Shown: positions 26,398 to 39,788 of the stretch, piece after piece
How positions within the stretch are numbered: the first letter of the stretch is position 1
Layout: every line of letters starts with the position of its first letter
Source of the DNA: Octopus vulgaris
Taxonomy: Eukaryota
Direction: 5' to 3'
DNA length: 64,000 bases
Assembly (NCBI GenBank): GCA_951406725.2
Contig: OX597831.1
Coordinates: 434,001 to 498,000 of the forward strand
Notes under the pieces: generated by a model
What the model was told of the DNA's origin: nothing
Database searches by the model: none
The model's input: only the letters and a program-made list of their open reading frames with translations
Position numbers and translations under genes: made by a program

Positions 26398-26624
26398 TTA
26401 AACAGTGTACTGAGTGTAGTCTTGTGACACCAGCATGAGAGAGGCTGTCAAGAACTCAGTGAACTTGGGCTCTCATTCTCCTGCCAGTTGGTCAATGCCA
26501 ACATATATATAAATATACAGTTACAGATATCTCAACAATCTTGCTAGTAGAGAAGTAAATTAATTGATACACATAGACAGTTTAGTCATTAGACATAAAA
26601 AAAAAAAATGAAATGGTTTAAATA

Positions 26625-26784
26625 GGTGCAGGAGTGGCTGTGTGGTAAGTAGCTTGCTAACCAACCACATGGTTCTGGGTCCCACTGCGTGGCATCTTGG
26701 GCAAGTGTCTTCTACTATAGCCCCCGGCCGACCAATGCCATGTGAGTGGATTTGGTAGACGGAAACTGAAAGAAGCCTGTCGTA

Positions 26785-26821
<37 letters not shown>

Positions 26822-27030
26822 ATGTGTGTGTGTGTTTGTTTGTCCCCCTAGCATTGCTTGACAACCGATGCTGGTGTGTTTACGTCCCCGTCACTTAGCG
26901 GTTCGGCAAAAAAGAGTCCGATAGAATAAGTACTGGGCTTACAAAGAATAAGTCCTGGGGTCGATTTACTCGACTAAAGGCAGCGCTCCAACATGGCCGC
27001 AGTCAGATGACTGAAACAAGTAAAAGAGAG
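26625..27030 (+). mobile_element. tRNA-derived SINE (family A)
   Basis: GGTGCAGGAGTGGCTGTGTGGTAAGTAGCTTGC...GACTGAAACAAGTAAAAGAG. CpGs are retained. Confidence 0.88.
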
Positions 27031-30000
27031 CTGATAGGTTTATGTAACAACATGGGGATTAAACTACAGGATTCTAAAGAGATGTAGTGGTTCTGTTGTT
27101 TAGTTCTACGCCAGCAATGATCATGCCAATCTTTGATGAAAAATGTCACAGTGGTAACCAATTACTTTTTATAGGAGGTAGTAGAGTGTGAATCGGGAAA
27201 GAGTTAACTGCTACTTCAGCAGGTCAAGTACTATGTATCGGCTCATTTACTACCTCAAAATGATCAAACAGTTACTGTAATTGAGTTGCAGGTCAGCCCA
27301 CATTAAGCAGGCTTATGAGCTAAGGCTTTCCAGCTGTGACCAACACATCTTTTATTCAGATAAAGCATATTTAAGCTAACATTATTTCAATGTACCTTTT
27401 CCTTCAGTAAGACGATAAAGTATGACTGGAGGGAGATTTGCCTGCAATCTAAGAATCTTAGGTTAAGTGAAATGGAATTAATAACAAACTTTCAAAGAAC
27501 TGATTAACAACTAAGCAATTCTGCAATTATTTAACTAATTATAGTTGTTATAGTTCTGCTAGCACATATTTCAGTTAAGAAATATTAGCAACCAGTTCAT
27601 CACCCATCAACCTAATTACCAACATATATTTTCAGCACTTGACATTCCAAGAAATACAGGAATTTGTGCTCAACTTCATGGTTCATTTAACATTCAATTC
27701 ACAGTTATCTTACCATTATTGAGTGTATAAAAACACACCAAATCATGTACAAGGAAATATGTACAATACTCTTTTACTTGTTTCAGTCATTGGACTGCAA
27801 CTATGCTGGAGGCACCACCATGAAGAGTTTAGTCAAACAAACCATCCCTAGTACATATTGAAAAGCCTTGTACTTATGGTCTCTATCTTTCTCTTTTTTG
27901 CTGAACCACTAATTTATGGGGGATGTAGACTGGTTGTCAAGTGATATAAGGACAAATACATACGCATATATACATATATCTTGGGTTTCCAGACAGTTTT
28001 ACTCAACCAAATTCACTCAGAAGGCACTGGTTAGCCTGAGCCTACAGCAGAAGACATTTGCTGTACAGTGGGACTGAACTCGAAACCACAAGACTGTGAA
28101 GCAAACTAATTAACCACACAGGCATGCCTGTATGTGCATGTGCACCCAAAGCTTCCTATATCAAGTTGAAATTTATCCATTTCAGAATTGTCTTACTTTA
28201 GTAAACAAGCATACTATACAAACAGGTTGGATAGCTTCAATGTCATACATAAAAACAAGGCACTTAAGAAGTTTGCTTCACTACCATGTGGCTTCAGAAT
28301 CAGTTCTATTGTGCATCATCTTGAGCAAGTGTAGTCTGCTTGACAATCAGTGTAGGTTTGTTTATATCCCAGTAACTTAGTAGTTTGGCAAAAAGAAACC
28401 AATAGAATAAGGACAAGAAAATTAAAACAAATACTGGCATTGATTTCATGAACTTAAGGCCCTTCAACATGGTGCCCCAGAATGGCTGCAGTCCAATGAC
28501 TGAAACAAGTAAAAGAAATTTTCAAAACTTTCTTTAGTAATGTCAAATATTTTAGTTTCATCAAATTTGAATATATTAATGACTAAAGGAGAGATTCTTG
28601 TTAGACTAATGGTTAATTATGTAAAAAAATATGATGTAAGGTGGATAATTAGCTTAGCCCTTGTACTTACAGGTGCTTGGAAGGATGAAAGGCAAAATGC
28701 TTTAGAACTTGAGAGCAGTGTGGCAACAAATTGAGATAACCTTAGAAGTAAATTTTACTTGTGTGTTAAACTATATTTAAAGCAACTTCACACATAAGAT
28801 ATAGAGGTTGTTTTTGAGACTAAAAAAAGAAAAAAAAAAGAAAGAAAAACCTGCATCTTACTAGCCATGAAATATGGTAGTTTTTATTAAAACTTTTTAA
28901 AAAAAAACAAACTAATTTACAAGTCAGAAATATAAGGAATATATCCACTGAAAATTGAATCTTGGTATATTAATATACATAATTTATCAATAAAATCACA
29001 AATTAAAATGTGAAGGAAATTCAAAATCAGTCTCTGTGGGATTCGAAACTTAGTAAGGGAAGTTAGCAAAACCAGTACTAATTATCTCCAGGTAAAATTC
29101 AATTATCTCAGTCACCATCGCTGCTCTAATTTTCCATGTTAATATTTGCAGAAAAGTTAAGTCTATTAAAGCCCACAAGATGTTGAATGGGAGAAAATTA
29201 TATGAAAACCGTGATTGAGATGTCATGGAAACAAGCAGAACCTTCGTATACAACTAATTAGAACTTTTATAGCAATTTAAAAGCCATAATAAATTTAATG
29301 TGAATGTAAAACCTTGCTTGGTACTTTTAAATGACGAACATGTTGAAGTTTTTAGATTTGTATAGCCCAGCTAGTAGTTTGTACTGAGTATATATTAATG
29401 TAAACCATTCTCAAAATCAAGAGACTGCTAATGATTGACTGAATGAATTGAATAATCTAATTTTCAAACTCAAATACATATATCTGCACCAAAAATAACC
29501 TTGTAAATTTCAAAGCAAGGAAGATAGAAGTAGATGGTGTTTCATTCTTAACAACTTGAACACTGAACATTATTGTAGTTTCTAACTAATGCTGATTTCT
29601 CTGAACCAGATACAAGGTCAGATTTTACAGAGGGGATGGAGAATATATTTCATTGAATGTATAGCTTATCACTGGAGCTTATTTAGTGACCCCAGAATAA
29701 TAAAATGCTAAGATGACTCCAGAGGAATTTGAACTCAAAACTAAAAAAAAAAAGGAGACTAAATATCATTAAATCATACAGTTTGGCAACTAACCAGTTC
29801 TTGATTTGTAATAAATTCAGTGATTTGCTACGTTTATCATTGCAATAAAAGTCTAGATGTACATCATAGTTCTCTCCCACCCACTATAATTACCAGTCAA
29901 TGAGGGAGCTGCTGTATGCTCACTCAACCTGTTAGAAATCACAACTTTGGCAAGTATATGTACTGAAGTTTACATTTTGCTGAAGAAGTGCAATAAGACT

Positions 30001-30549
30001 GAAACATAACCAGAGTTGTCACCTATATTTGCCAAAATGATTAAAACTACAATAGTTATTGAAGTTTTGAGTATTCTCCTCTACTTCAAAAGTATATTGT
30101 GTGTTTCATTTAATTTTTTACTTTCTCATAATAGATGGTTTAAATTTAAATAGGAACACTTCTAAAACAAAATATAAATAAAGCTATAATTTGATTTGGA
30201 ATAAATTGTGAATTTCATAACTTTTTTTATGTTATTGTTACTGTTAACATTGCGTAAACACCAGCTGTGAATAAATGATTTGTGAATAGGAGCAAATGTG
30301 GATTTCATGGAGTTAAAGAACCCAGAAATAAATTAAACAAACCACTGATCGAAAGTATATTATTTCGAGTAGAACAAAGAGAATGAGTTTAAATATGAGG
30401 TTTATTTACTGTGGTTCATTTTGAAATATGTGATAGTTGTGAAGCCCTCCAGGTCAGACCAAACCAAATAGCCTATTATAGGGCTGATGTGAAATTGACA
30501 AATGCTATATTTTCTTTCAGAAGCATATACAAACTATGAGCCAACAAAG

Positions 30550-30722
30550 AAGCTTCTAAACAGTTACTTGGTCTGCTAGAAATAACAATCAAACCTCTAT
30601 CAAATTACACCCTACTGTTTTAATTAGATCATGTAATCCTAGATAGTCATAACAAGATGGAACAGTCATGGCTGGAATGTCCTCAACCATAGTACAGACC
30701 TGGGGCTAAAAAACAACAACGA
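30550..30722 (+). mobile_element. Old SINE-like repeat (family D) with (CAA)n tail, representative copy
   Basis: CTGCTAGAAATAAC...ATGGCTGGAATG...GACCTGGGGCTAAA...CAACAAC. Diverged copies near 8290, 14215, 17590, 39440, 41405, 44690, 53060 and 54740. Confidence 0.65.
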
Positions 30723-31434
30723 TGACACTATATCCATTTTGATAATGAATGCTGTTAAGTGGAACAAACAATAATTTTGAGTTGTTTAAAATCTAAAGGA
30801 ACAAAATTCAAGCAAACCAGTCAAATTGACAAAATAATGGAGGAATGGTGCAGGTGGCCATAGAAATTAAATGTTGTGTGGTATTTAGTATGTTCTGAGT
30901 TCAAATCCAACCAGTATAGGAACTACACATTTCAGATAGAATGATGTCTCATAAGATAACATGAACTGAAGACTATATCACAAGAAGGGATCAGTTGATT
31001 AAATTGACCCCAGTACCTGACTGGTACTAGAACAGTTTCCAAAGTGATCACCATGAAAAAACAATGAATGACAAGTTTTTTCAAAATCCTTAAAAATATA
31101 ATTAATAATGAAAATTCTTGAAGTTGTATATAAATTCTAGTATGTAGTGAAACCTAGAGCAGTAGAGCGGTATGTTATCAGAATAAGCTTGAAGTTACTA
31201 ATCCAAGTAACTGCTAGGAACACATTAAAATATGCAAATCAGTCTATCCAATTTACTTAAGCCATTAATAATAATGGGTTTATAAGCAATATTTCTGTGG
31301 ACAGTTAAAGAGGGTACTTGCTTGTTGATGAAAACTCAAACAAAGGTTTATCCTATTAGCTTTCAGATTACACTGTCAAATGTAATGTTTATTTATTCCC
31401 ATTGTTTTGAATAAATTCATGCCGTTGTCTTGTA

Positions 31435-31714
31435 TTATTCTATATTTTAGAGATGAGGAATTCTGTACATTATTTACATTGGATGGATGTGTCCTCATCT
31501 TGTTTGTTGTTACCACATTTCGGTTGATTTACTCTCCAGCCTTATCAAGTGTCCTGTTAGAATTTTGAACCCAAACTTTAGGAATGAGACCCAGGGTTGG
31601 GTTCAAAATTCTATCAGGACACCTGATGAAGGCTGGAGAGTAAATCAGCTGAAACGCTGTGGTAACAACAAACAAGACGAGGACACACACCCGTCCAATG
31701 TAAATAATGTACGA
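31435..31714. mobile_element. Penelope-like pseudo-LTR fragment in inverted arrangement, nested in a MITE
   Basis: Inverted arms 31465-31574 and 31597-31712. Hammerhead core in the right arm. Flanked by TGTCTTGTA (31426-31434) and TATCTTGTA (31715-31723). Penelope assignment is inferred from architecture. Confidence 0.7.
31617..31663 (+). ncRNA. Minimal type I hammerhead ribozyme motif, probably mutated
   Basis: GGACAC-CTGATGA-A-GGCTG-GAGAGTAAAT-CAGCT-GAAAC-GCT-GTGGT. Both core boxes, stem II and a partial stem I are present. The cleavage triplet reads GCT rather than GUH. Confidence 0.6.
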
Positions 31715-33559
31715 TATCTTGTATCTTCGAGATTTTGATGACATGGTTATAATCTATGTTGTAGAACCAGTAATTTATACTGAATAGTGTAGCAGGAGAC
31801 AAACTCTATAAAGATAGGATAATCAGTGAAACACTGGGGTCAATGTAATTGACTAGCTCTCTCCAGCCAAATTTCAGGCCTTGTATTTTTAGTAGAAAAG
31901 ATTGTTGTTGTTGTTGTTATTGTTATTATTATTATTATCATTATTAAAGTGGTGAGCTGGCAGAATCATTAGCATGCCGGGCAAAATGCTAAGTGGCATT
32001 TCATCTATTTTTATGTTCTGGGTTCAAATTCTACTAAGATTGACATTGTCTTTTATCCCTTCAGGATCAATAAAATAAACACCAGTTGATTGCTGGTGGC
32101 AATATAATCAACTAGTACCCTCAGCTCTCCAACAAAATTCCAGGCCTTGTGCCTGTAGTAGAAAGAAGAAGAAATCATCATCATCATCATCATCAAAGAG
32201 GTGGATGGCAGAACTGGCAGAGTGTTTGAAAAACATGAAATGCTTTACAGCATTTAGTCACAACCCTTGTTTCTCAAATGTGTTTTTTATGTTATCAACT
32301 CCTTTGAGTGTTGATCAAATAAAAGTACCAATCAAGTAACGAGGCTGACTTAATTATCTATACATCCTAATTAAGATATCTGTAGCTTTATGTTAATCTT
32401 AGAAATTGATTTTTAATTTATTGAAGTTGCATTGTCCAGCCTGCATGAGATCTATTTATTTGTTACCTGCAGTTACACCTTCAGATTGCATAACATTGTA
32501 TATGTCAGGCTGTGTAGGGTGGTGGTGGATAACAGTATTGTTCTCTATCCAGAAATGTCATTCACTATTTCTTTTATTTTCCCCTCAATTCTAGGTTGGC
32601 CCTGATTGGGTGAATCTGCAATGAAAACTATTCCAACCTTGACTATCCCATCATTCACTTGAACAGTATGTATATCTGGAACTCCATATTCCAATGTGTC
32701 CCACCTTTTTTCAAAATCATAGGGTGTAATTCCTTAGAATTTTGGTAGCTATTTCTAGCAAGGAGCAACCATCTAGAATCTCTCTGCAAATCTGTTTTAC
32801 ATCCTATTTAATACCTCATTTTTGCTTAAACAAAACCTGGAATTCACTTTACATCACATATAAAGCATTTAATATATAGTTGAAAAGTATAATCCTGAAT
32901 GTAAAAGTGAGGACAATGAAATATCTTTCCCCTATGTTGTTAGATGTTCTTGTCGTCGTCATCATCATTTAACACCTGCCTTCCCTGTTTGTGTGGGTTA
33001 TATGGTTTGGTAGGAGCTGGTAAGCTGGAGAGCAGCACCAGGTTCCATTGTCTGCTGTGACACAGTTTCTATGGCTGGATGCTCTTCCTAATGCCAACCA
33101 CTTCTATATAATTACTGTAGGCTCAAAAAGGAATGCAATTCTGTTATTTATACACATTATTTTAGCCTTTAGTGTGTAGAAATGATTGCTGCGTGTGATT
33201 TGCACAAATTTTATCAACATTTGTATAGTAGCTATCAACTCTAACATTAAATTTATATTTTGTCAGACTGAAGCAGATTTTGTATTTATCTGCAGTTTCA
33301 ATACAAAATATACCTATGTATATATTAAGGGCACCACAATCATCATGTTTTAATTAACATACAGAGACATACAGGTTAATTCCGAAGTCAATTACTAGCA
33401 TCAAAGGGAAATTAGGGTCAAAATTACCTTTAAACAAGATACAGGTTGGCTCTGAGCCAGAAAGAGACTCAACTGATACCATCTCCTTGTTATGAGTAAG
33501 ACTTTATAACTAGTATCTGTTGAAATAGTGTGCGTGACAGAGTTCCAAAATCTGTAGTT

Positions 33560-34560
33560 AGGGGACTGCCCGGGAAACAAGGGTTAGATGAATGGCTTGT
33601 GAAAGTAGAAAAAGCCATGTATAAGGTTATGTCAACAAAATGAAAGCCAGCAATAAGTTCAGTGATGAATTTAGCCTACAGGTAGGGTCCATCCACTAAG
33701 ATACACTTCTTGTTCCCTGCCACCTTTATAATAGGCTCACAACCATAAGAAAGGAATTTAAAACTGGCTAAACATGGGAATTCTTGTATGCCGATGACTG
33801 AATTGTAAATGCTGAATCTAAAGAAGATTTAGAGACTAAATTCCAGACAAAGCCTAGAAATGTCAGGCCTCAAAGTAAACTTAGCAAAAAACAAAGTACT
33901 CTGCTACCATCAGAGAAAAGGAATAGGTAGAAATTTCATATGTTGTACCCAGTATAGGCTACTAATACACTAGATGTAAGCATTAGTCATGCAGGCTGTA
34001 TGTAGGAGATGCACAGCAATAGTTAGCAGTAACAGTAGACATGAAATAAATCCATTCAAATGCTTAGATGGCTTACTGAAACTGGTTGATCACTTTTGCT
34101 TCCAAGGTGATGTAATTCGTAGATGGAGGTGGGTGTTCCAAAGCATAGAAACCAGATTAACAAGAGGATGGAAAAGTTTAGGGAGCTGTTGGTAACGAAG
34201 GGCTTGTTTCTCAGAATAAAGAGATTGTGTGATATTTGCATACAAGTATGATGTGGACTCCCTCTGGATGTATGTTAGGATGCAGGAATGATGGAGTACA
34301 AATGAACTGAGAGAAAAAGCTGGATGCAAGAGCAATCAGATATAGTGCTGAAGAGAGAAGACTGTGGTGGTGTAAGCATATGTTGTGTATGAAAGATGTC
34401 AATTGTAGAAATAAGTGTTGAGCATTTGAAGTGGATGCAAATTTTAGGGGATAGACCTAGGAAGATATGGAACAATCAAGTGGTGAAAAGTGATTTCAAG
34501 AGGTTGAGCTTTATGAAGGAGATGACAGAGAAGCACAAGCGGTGGCATGTGGTACTTCTG
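33560..34560 (+). mobile_element. Decayed RTE-clade LINE fragment
   Basis: WEFLYADD* at 33775-33801, LKVNLAK near 33869-33889 and DRPRKIW near 34450-34470. Many stops. Boundaries approximate. Confidence 0.75.
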
Positions 34561-37500
34561 CACACAATATCCAAGTTAAACTTCTGTATCCCTCTCAGAT
34601 GTCATTAATTGAATGTATTGAGAGAGAGAGAGAGGACATACACGTGTAAGACCCTGGGGAAGTAAAATGTTTAGGGTTAACTGAGAGATACAGGACAGAA
34701 GGAAAAGAAATTCTATTTCCCCTAGCTCTAATTTGAGTAAAAGAAAAACTGTTTAGAAAGCTTGGTCAAGATGGATAAAGTCAGTAAACTGAATCATCGA
34801 CACAATAGAGTTTCATTAAAGACAAGTCCGAAATGTGGACTTGATAAGAGACAGGAATGAACAATTACTGATTGTTAATATAGTTATATACAATGGGACA
34901 ACAGTGACTAAATTATTTCATTACAACTAGAAATTTATGGCCTTGTGCCAAATGTAAGAAATAATTTTTATTATTGTTAGGTTGTAGCCAGTCCTGATAA
35001 AACCGACCAAGCAAGAGTCAATGGCATCCTAGCTGTGATCATCCTATAGTTCTTTTAATTTGTCCTTCCTTGGCTTGTGGAGACGTCATGCTTGCAGCAT
35101 GTTCATATTGTGGTATTAAAAACACATTGAGGATTTGTTGTCAAACTATATGGTCATTATAGTTTAATAATGAAGATGACCTTGGAAAGAATTAATAGAT
35201 GTAATTGTCAAGAGGAATGCAGAACAAGCAAATCCAAAGGCCCAGTGTTCAGTGACTCAACAATGATAACAAAATATTAAATTATCATGTATTTCATTTA
35301 GATTTATTTTCTTGATCCCAAAAGAAAGGGAAAATCTCATAGATGAGAAAATCAAAATGTACAAGCTACAATTTTTGGTTAAAAATTGTTTGGCATACAA
35401 CTTTACTCTTCATAAAGTAACACAGATAGGCACTTGAGTATTTAAATTAAGGGCTTAGTTGAAACAGCTGCAATGCGTCTAGTAAAAAATTTCATGAATG
35501 AACAATATGAGATGTCTTGCAGTCTTACAATACCAGCAGCAAGACATATGTGATCTGAGTCAAGAGGATGTTTAAAGAATGTAGGGTGTCATGAGAAAAG
35601 AATGGGAGCGGAGGGTGGTGTGAAGAAGATAGGTAAAGGTGTCTGCAACGAGTTTGGAGCCAGAGTATTTATAATTAAGTCTTGTAACATAGGGTGTATG
35701 CAGATGATTGAATCACTTTATTATTGTAAAGCTGCTACTTATTTTATCAACCATGGAGGAATGAATGCTAACCCTACCTATACCTATGAGGGTGGGGTGG
35801 TGGTGGTGGTGGAGGAGGAGGAGGTGGAAAGGAGACAGACAGACAGAAGTCATGGTTTGAAATTAGAACAGTGAGACACAAAATCTGATACTTCAAAAGC
35901 ATCTTCACTGCCACCACCATCCAAATGGAAGGATGATCATCATGAAGAAATGTAGGCTTCAGAATATCTCTCTTAACTTCTTTCCTGATTATACAGAGTA
36001 CATATGCCCTGTCTTATCTAATTAACTCCAAATAACTTGCTTATCTTTTAATATTTATAAATCACTTTTTCACTTTTATGTCTATTTTTCCATGCTAGTA
36101 TGAATTAAATGACTATATTATCCAAGCAATTTTTTTACAGTTTGAAGCCTTTCCTGTTGTTAATCCTTATTTGTTTTACAAATAAGGAATCCATTATTTC
36201 ACATATCTTGGAATGTGCAAAGCCAGCAGATGATTTTTTGACAAGGGAAAAAAACAGTAGTATCACTGTTTATAACGCAGCAGTTTTCAGAGTAGCACAA
36301 AAGTAAACAAATACACATGTGCATGCATGCATTTACACATGCACAGACAATGGACTTTCCACCTATCAAATCCACTCGCAAGACTTTTGTTGGCCCAGGG
36401 CTATAATGGAAGGCACCTACTCAAGGAGTTGAATAGTGGGACTGGACCTGAAACCATGTGGCTGAGAAATGAACTTTTTAACCACGCAGTCATGGCTGTA
36501 GCTCAAGTAATACCTGCATATGATTAAGCATGTGCATGTGCACTACACATGCACACATATTATATGAGTTCTACCCATTTGATAAGAGACCTGACCTGAG
36601 ATCATGTGGTGAAACGGAAAGATTTTGTATCATCAATGTGCCATGACAAACTGTTTAGATTACACATACAGTTTCTGTTGTATCCTTTTACATTCTATTC
36701 TCTAATAGTTTTTACGTGTCAGAAAACTGTCAAACATCCATGATCTGATCAATAATATGCTTCTATTTTTTTGAGATAGAGAGGAATATAGGACTATCAG
36801 TGACCAGGTTGTAACTGTACACTGGAAGGCTTTGATATTTAATATACAATATTATTACAAAATAGAACACAAGTGGATATAATAGTATATGCTTGTTTTA
36901 AATGACTATGATGCAATAGTCACACACACACAATGTACAAAGTTAGTGATTTATTCTATTGCTATTTAGTGCTGGACTGGTACTCATTTTACTGACCCTG
37001 AAAGTATGAAAGGCAAAGTTGACCATGGCAGATTTGAACTTAGAATGTTATAATAGAAAACGCCAGTTAAATTCTGAGAAAGAGTTTAATTCCACTACAA
37101 AACTATAATTTCTTTTGTTTCTATAATGGCCCCATGTTTCTCAGAGATGACTGATTTTGTACTTTCATCACTGAGACATTCCTGATCTAACTGGTCTCTC
37201 TACCTCCCACTAGCCTTATTGTATCCAACCCTTCCCTGGCCCCACACAATGCCACAACATTGTCCTTTAACAGCACCAATCAAGCTCACTGGTCTCCAAG
37301 GACCTTCAGAGATCATGAGCACTTTCTTCCTCTTCAGACTCAAGAAAAACAAAACCCCTACAATAACGTTTATCACCATTTAACATCCACTATTAAATGC
37401 ATGCACCAGCTGGAGGGAATGTTGATGTAGACTTTTCTATAGCTAGATGTCTTTCTCCTCTAACAAATCTATTTTTGAACTATATTTTCTATGAATGAAG

Positions 37501-38319
37501 GTTATAGGTGATAGATTGTTTTAATCAGTCAGGTTCACAATCTGTTACTATCACTGTGATGTCCCTGGCAATGACACTCAAATCAGACTTGTACAATCCA
37601 CTCGGCTGTAAATAGGTCCCAAGTAGACGCACAGCTCAGCTTACAGATTGTAAGCAGCAGGTGCAGTGCATACTTGAGAAGTGTTTAATTCATTAACTGA
37701 CTGCAATGACTTGGAAACCCTCCCATGAGTATAGAGAGAAAAGAAAAAATTGGGTGGTAGAGGTGTATGTACAGCAAAAAAAAAAAAAAAGATTTATGTC
37801 AACTACTTAACATTGTAAAAGCTGGAATAATCTACAGCTCACCTCTCAACTGCTCAACACTTTTAATATAGCATCCTTATAGGGCCCCTTTGTTATGTAA
37901 TATCCAGATATCTTCTATATCAGTTACAATTCTACTAAATCAGATGGGGAAGATGGAGAAGCAAAAGTTATCAAAACAAAGTCTGTCAGATTTATATCTT
38001 AACTTTCCATCACTACTCTGTACGAGACAGTTCACTGTAGTTTGTGTGTGTATTTGGGTGTATAAAAGCATGTACACATACACCTTGTTACTCCACTATA
38101 GTAATCTAATTTAGATCTAACCAATCACATCAGTCAGCTGTCCAAACATGCGTTAACAGTCCAGCCACACATACAGTGCCTTTTATATCACCACAATTGA
38201 TTAATGAGAATCTTTCCCACACAGTTAACCACTATGAAGGTAACCAACTGAAGCAAGTTTTATGTAATTTGCTATTACATTGTATTTGCTGTTTGCTGGT
38301 GAGCACATTGTGTGTGTGT

Positions 38320-38352
<33 letters not shown>

Positions 38353-38838
38353 AGAGAGAGAGAACTAGGTTATCAAATCTAATATTGCCCATTTCATATA
38401 GTTCATGTGTGATTTGACATATCCATCAAGAAATATTCAAATCTATTGATTGGGGAAAGGACATTAGCAATGATATGTGAATCTGGGTCACTTGCTTCAC
38501 AGAAGCCGTAACATAAGTGATAATACCTTTTTGTTTTGTACACAGTCCCACATATTTATTATGGTTACCATTGTCCTTTAAACTGCTTAACTCTGGAGAC
38601 TTAAGATCATATCATCTTATTTTCAGATAAAGTACATCTAAGATGACATTGTCCGATGTTACTTTCTTTTCCTTTCAAAACAGCAGAGTACTATGTGAAG
38701 ATATTTAGCTGCTATTTTTACAGGCTAACTGACTACACAGTTGGTCTATAGTATGTATCCCAGCACTCAGACCATGGATGTGTGCATGTGTGTGCATGTA
38801 TGTATGTATATATATATATATATATACATACATGGAAG

Positions 38839-38973
38839 GGTAACCAGCCGTAGAAACACTGCCAGATCTGACTGGGCCTGACGAAGCCTTCCAGCTTCAC
38901 AGACCCCAGTTGAACCGTCCAACCCATGCTAGCATGGAAAGCGGACGCTAAATGATGATGATGATGATGATGA
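38839..38973 (+). mobile_element. Family C retroelement, 5'-truncated
   Basis: GTAGAAACACTGCCAGATCTGACTGG...ACCCATGCTAGCATGGAAAGCGGACG followed by (GAT)n. Confidence 0.8.
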
Positions 38974-38984
38974 TATATAAATAT

Positions 38985-39320
38985 GCGCAGTCGTGGCCGT
39001 GTGGTAAGAAGCTTGCTTCCTAGCTACATGGTTCCAGGCTGACCAAAGCCTTGTGGGTGGATTTGGTAGACAGAAACTGGTATGTATGTATGTATAGATC
39101 TGTGTGTATGTGTCTGTGTTTGTCCGCCCATCACCACTTGACAACCAGTACTGTTGTGTTTATGTTCCCGTAGCTTAGCGGTTCGGCATAAAAGATTGAT
39201 AGAGTAAGTACTAGGCTTACAAAGAATAAGTCCTGGGGTCGATTTGTTTGACTAAAACCCTCCAAGGCGGTGCTCCAGCACAGCCACAAGTCATATGACT
39301 GAAACAAGAGTAAAAGAATA
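38985..39320 (+). mobile_element. tRNA-derived SINE (family A) with internal deletion
   Basis: Head and 3' half match family A. The segment between GGTTCC and GACCAAAGCC is missing. Confidence 0.8.
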
Positions 39321-39694
39321 TACATGCACACACACAAACATTATGATCTAAGTTTATTTTCGTTGTAGAAAAGGGACCAGCGAAACCAGTAGTCTAGGAT
39401 CAAATTCAAATACTAATAAAAATATTGAATCAATGGGGGAAATCTTCAAGTGGTCACATCATCTGCTAGTAATAGTAGCAAAATCTCCCTCAAACCACAA
39501 TATACTGTCTTAAAAATAAAGGACAAACCTGACAGTATAGTTCTATATATACTGTACTTGGAAAATAGACAAGATCATAACGACTAGAATCTCCTTGAAC
39601 ACAGGTCTGCTTGTTTAGAGTTGGCCTATTGGCTAAACAACATCCTATCGGTTGAGGGCAGGAAATGGTGCCTAATTAGTGAACACTTACTCAC

Positions 39695-39718
39695 CTGCTC
39701 GTCTAAACGACGCTGCAT
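39695..39718 (-). CDS. SIN3A: SIN3A-like co-repressor, first coding segment (MQRRLDEQ)
   Basis: ATG CAG CGT CGT TTA GAC GAG CAG, then donor GTGAGT. Context ACAATGC has A at -3, with in-frame upstream stops. The peptide resembles the recalled vertebrate SIN3A start MKRRLDDQ. Phase 0 matches the exon at 12977. Confidence 0.75.
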
Positions 39719-39788
39719 TGTCCAGCAAAACACAACTCTTTAAGCTTGTCACCAGACACTGCTGTATTTTGTAACCATCCAAAAAATA
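39719..39788 (-). other. SIN3A: 5' UTR part of the start-codon exon (exon 39788-39695)
   Basis: Preceded on the minus strand by the T-rich acceptor tttttttaaatttatatttcag. This implies a further non-coding exon upstream. Confidence 0.65.

Noticed and set aside
26625-26700. tRNA gene
   Set aside because: A/B-box-like head without a full cloverleaf, continuing into a SINE body. The same applies to the other heads, including the decayed one near 57645-57722.
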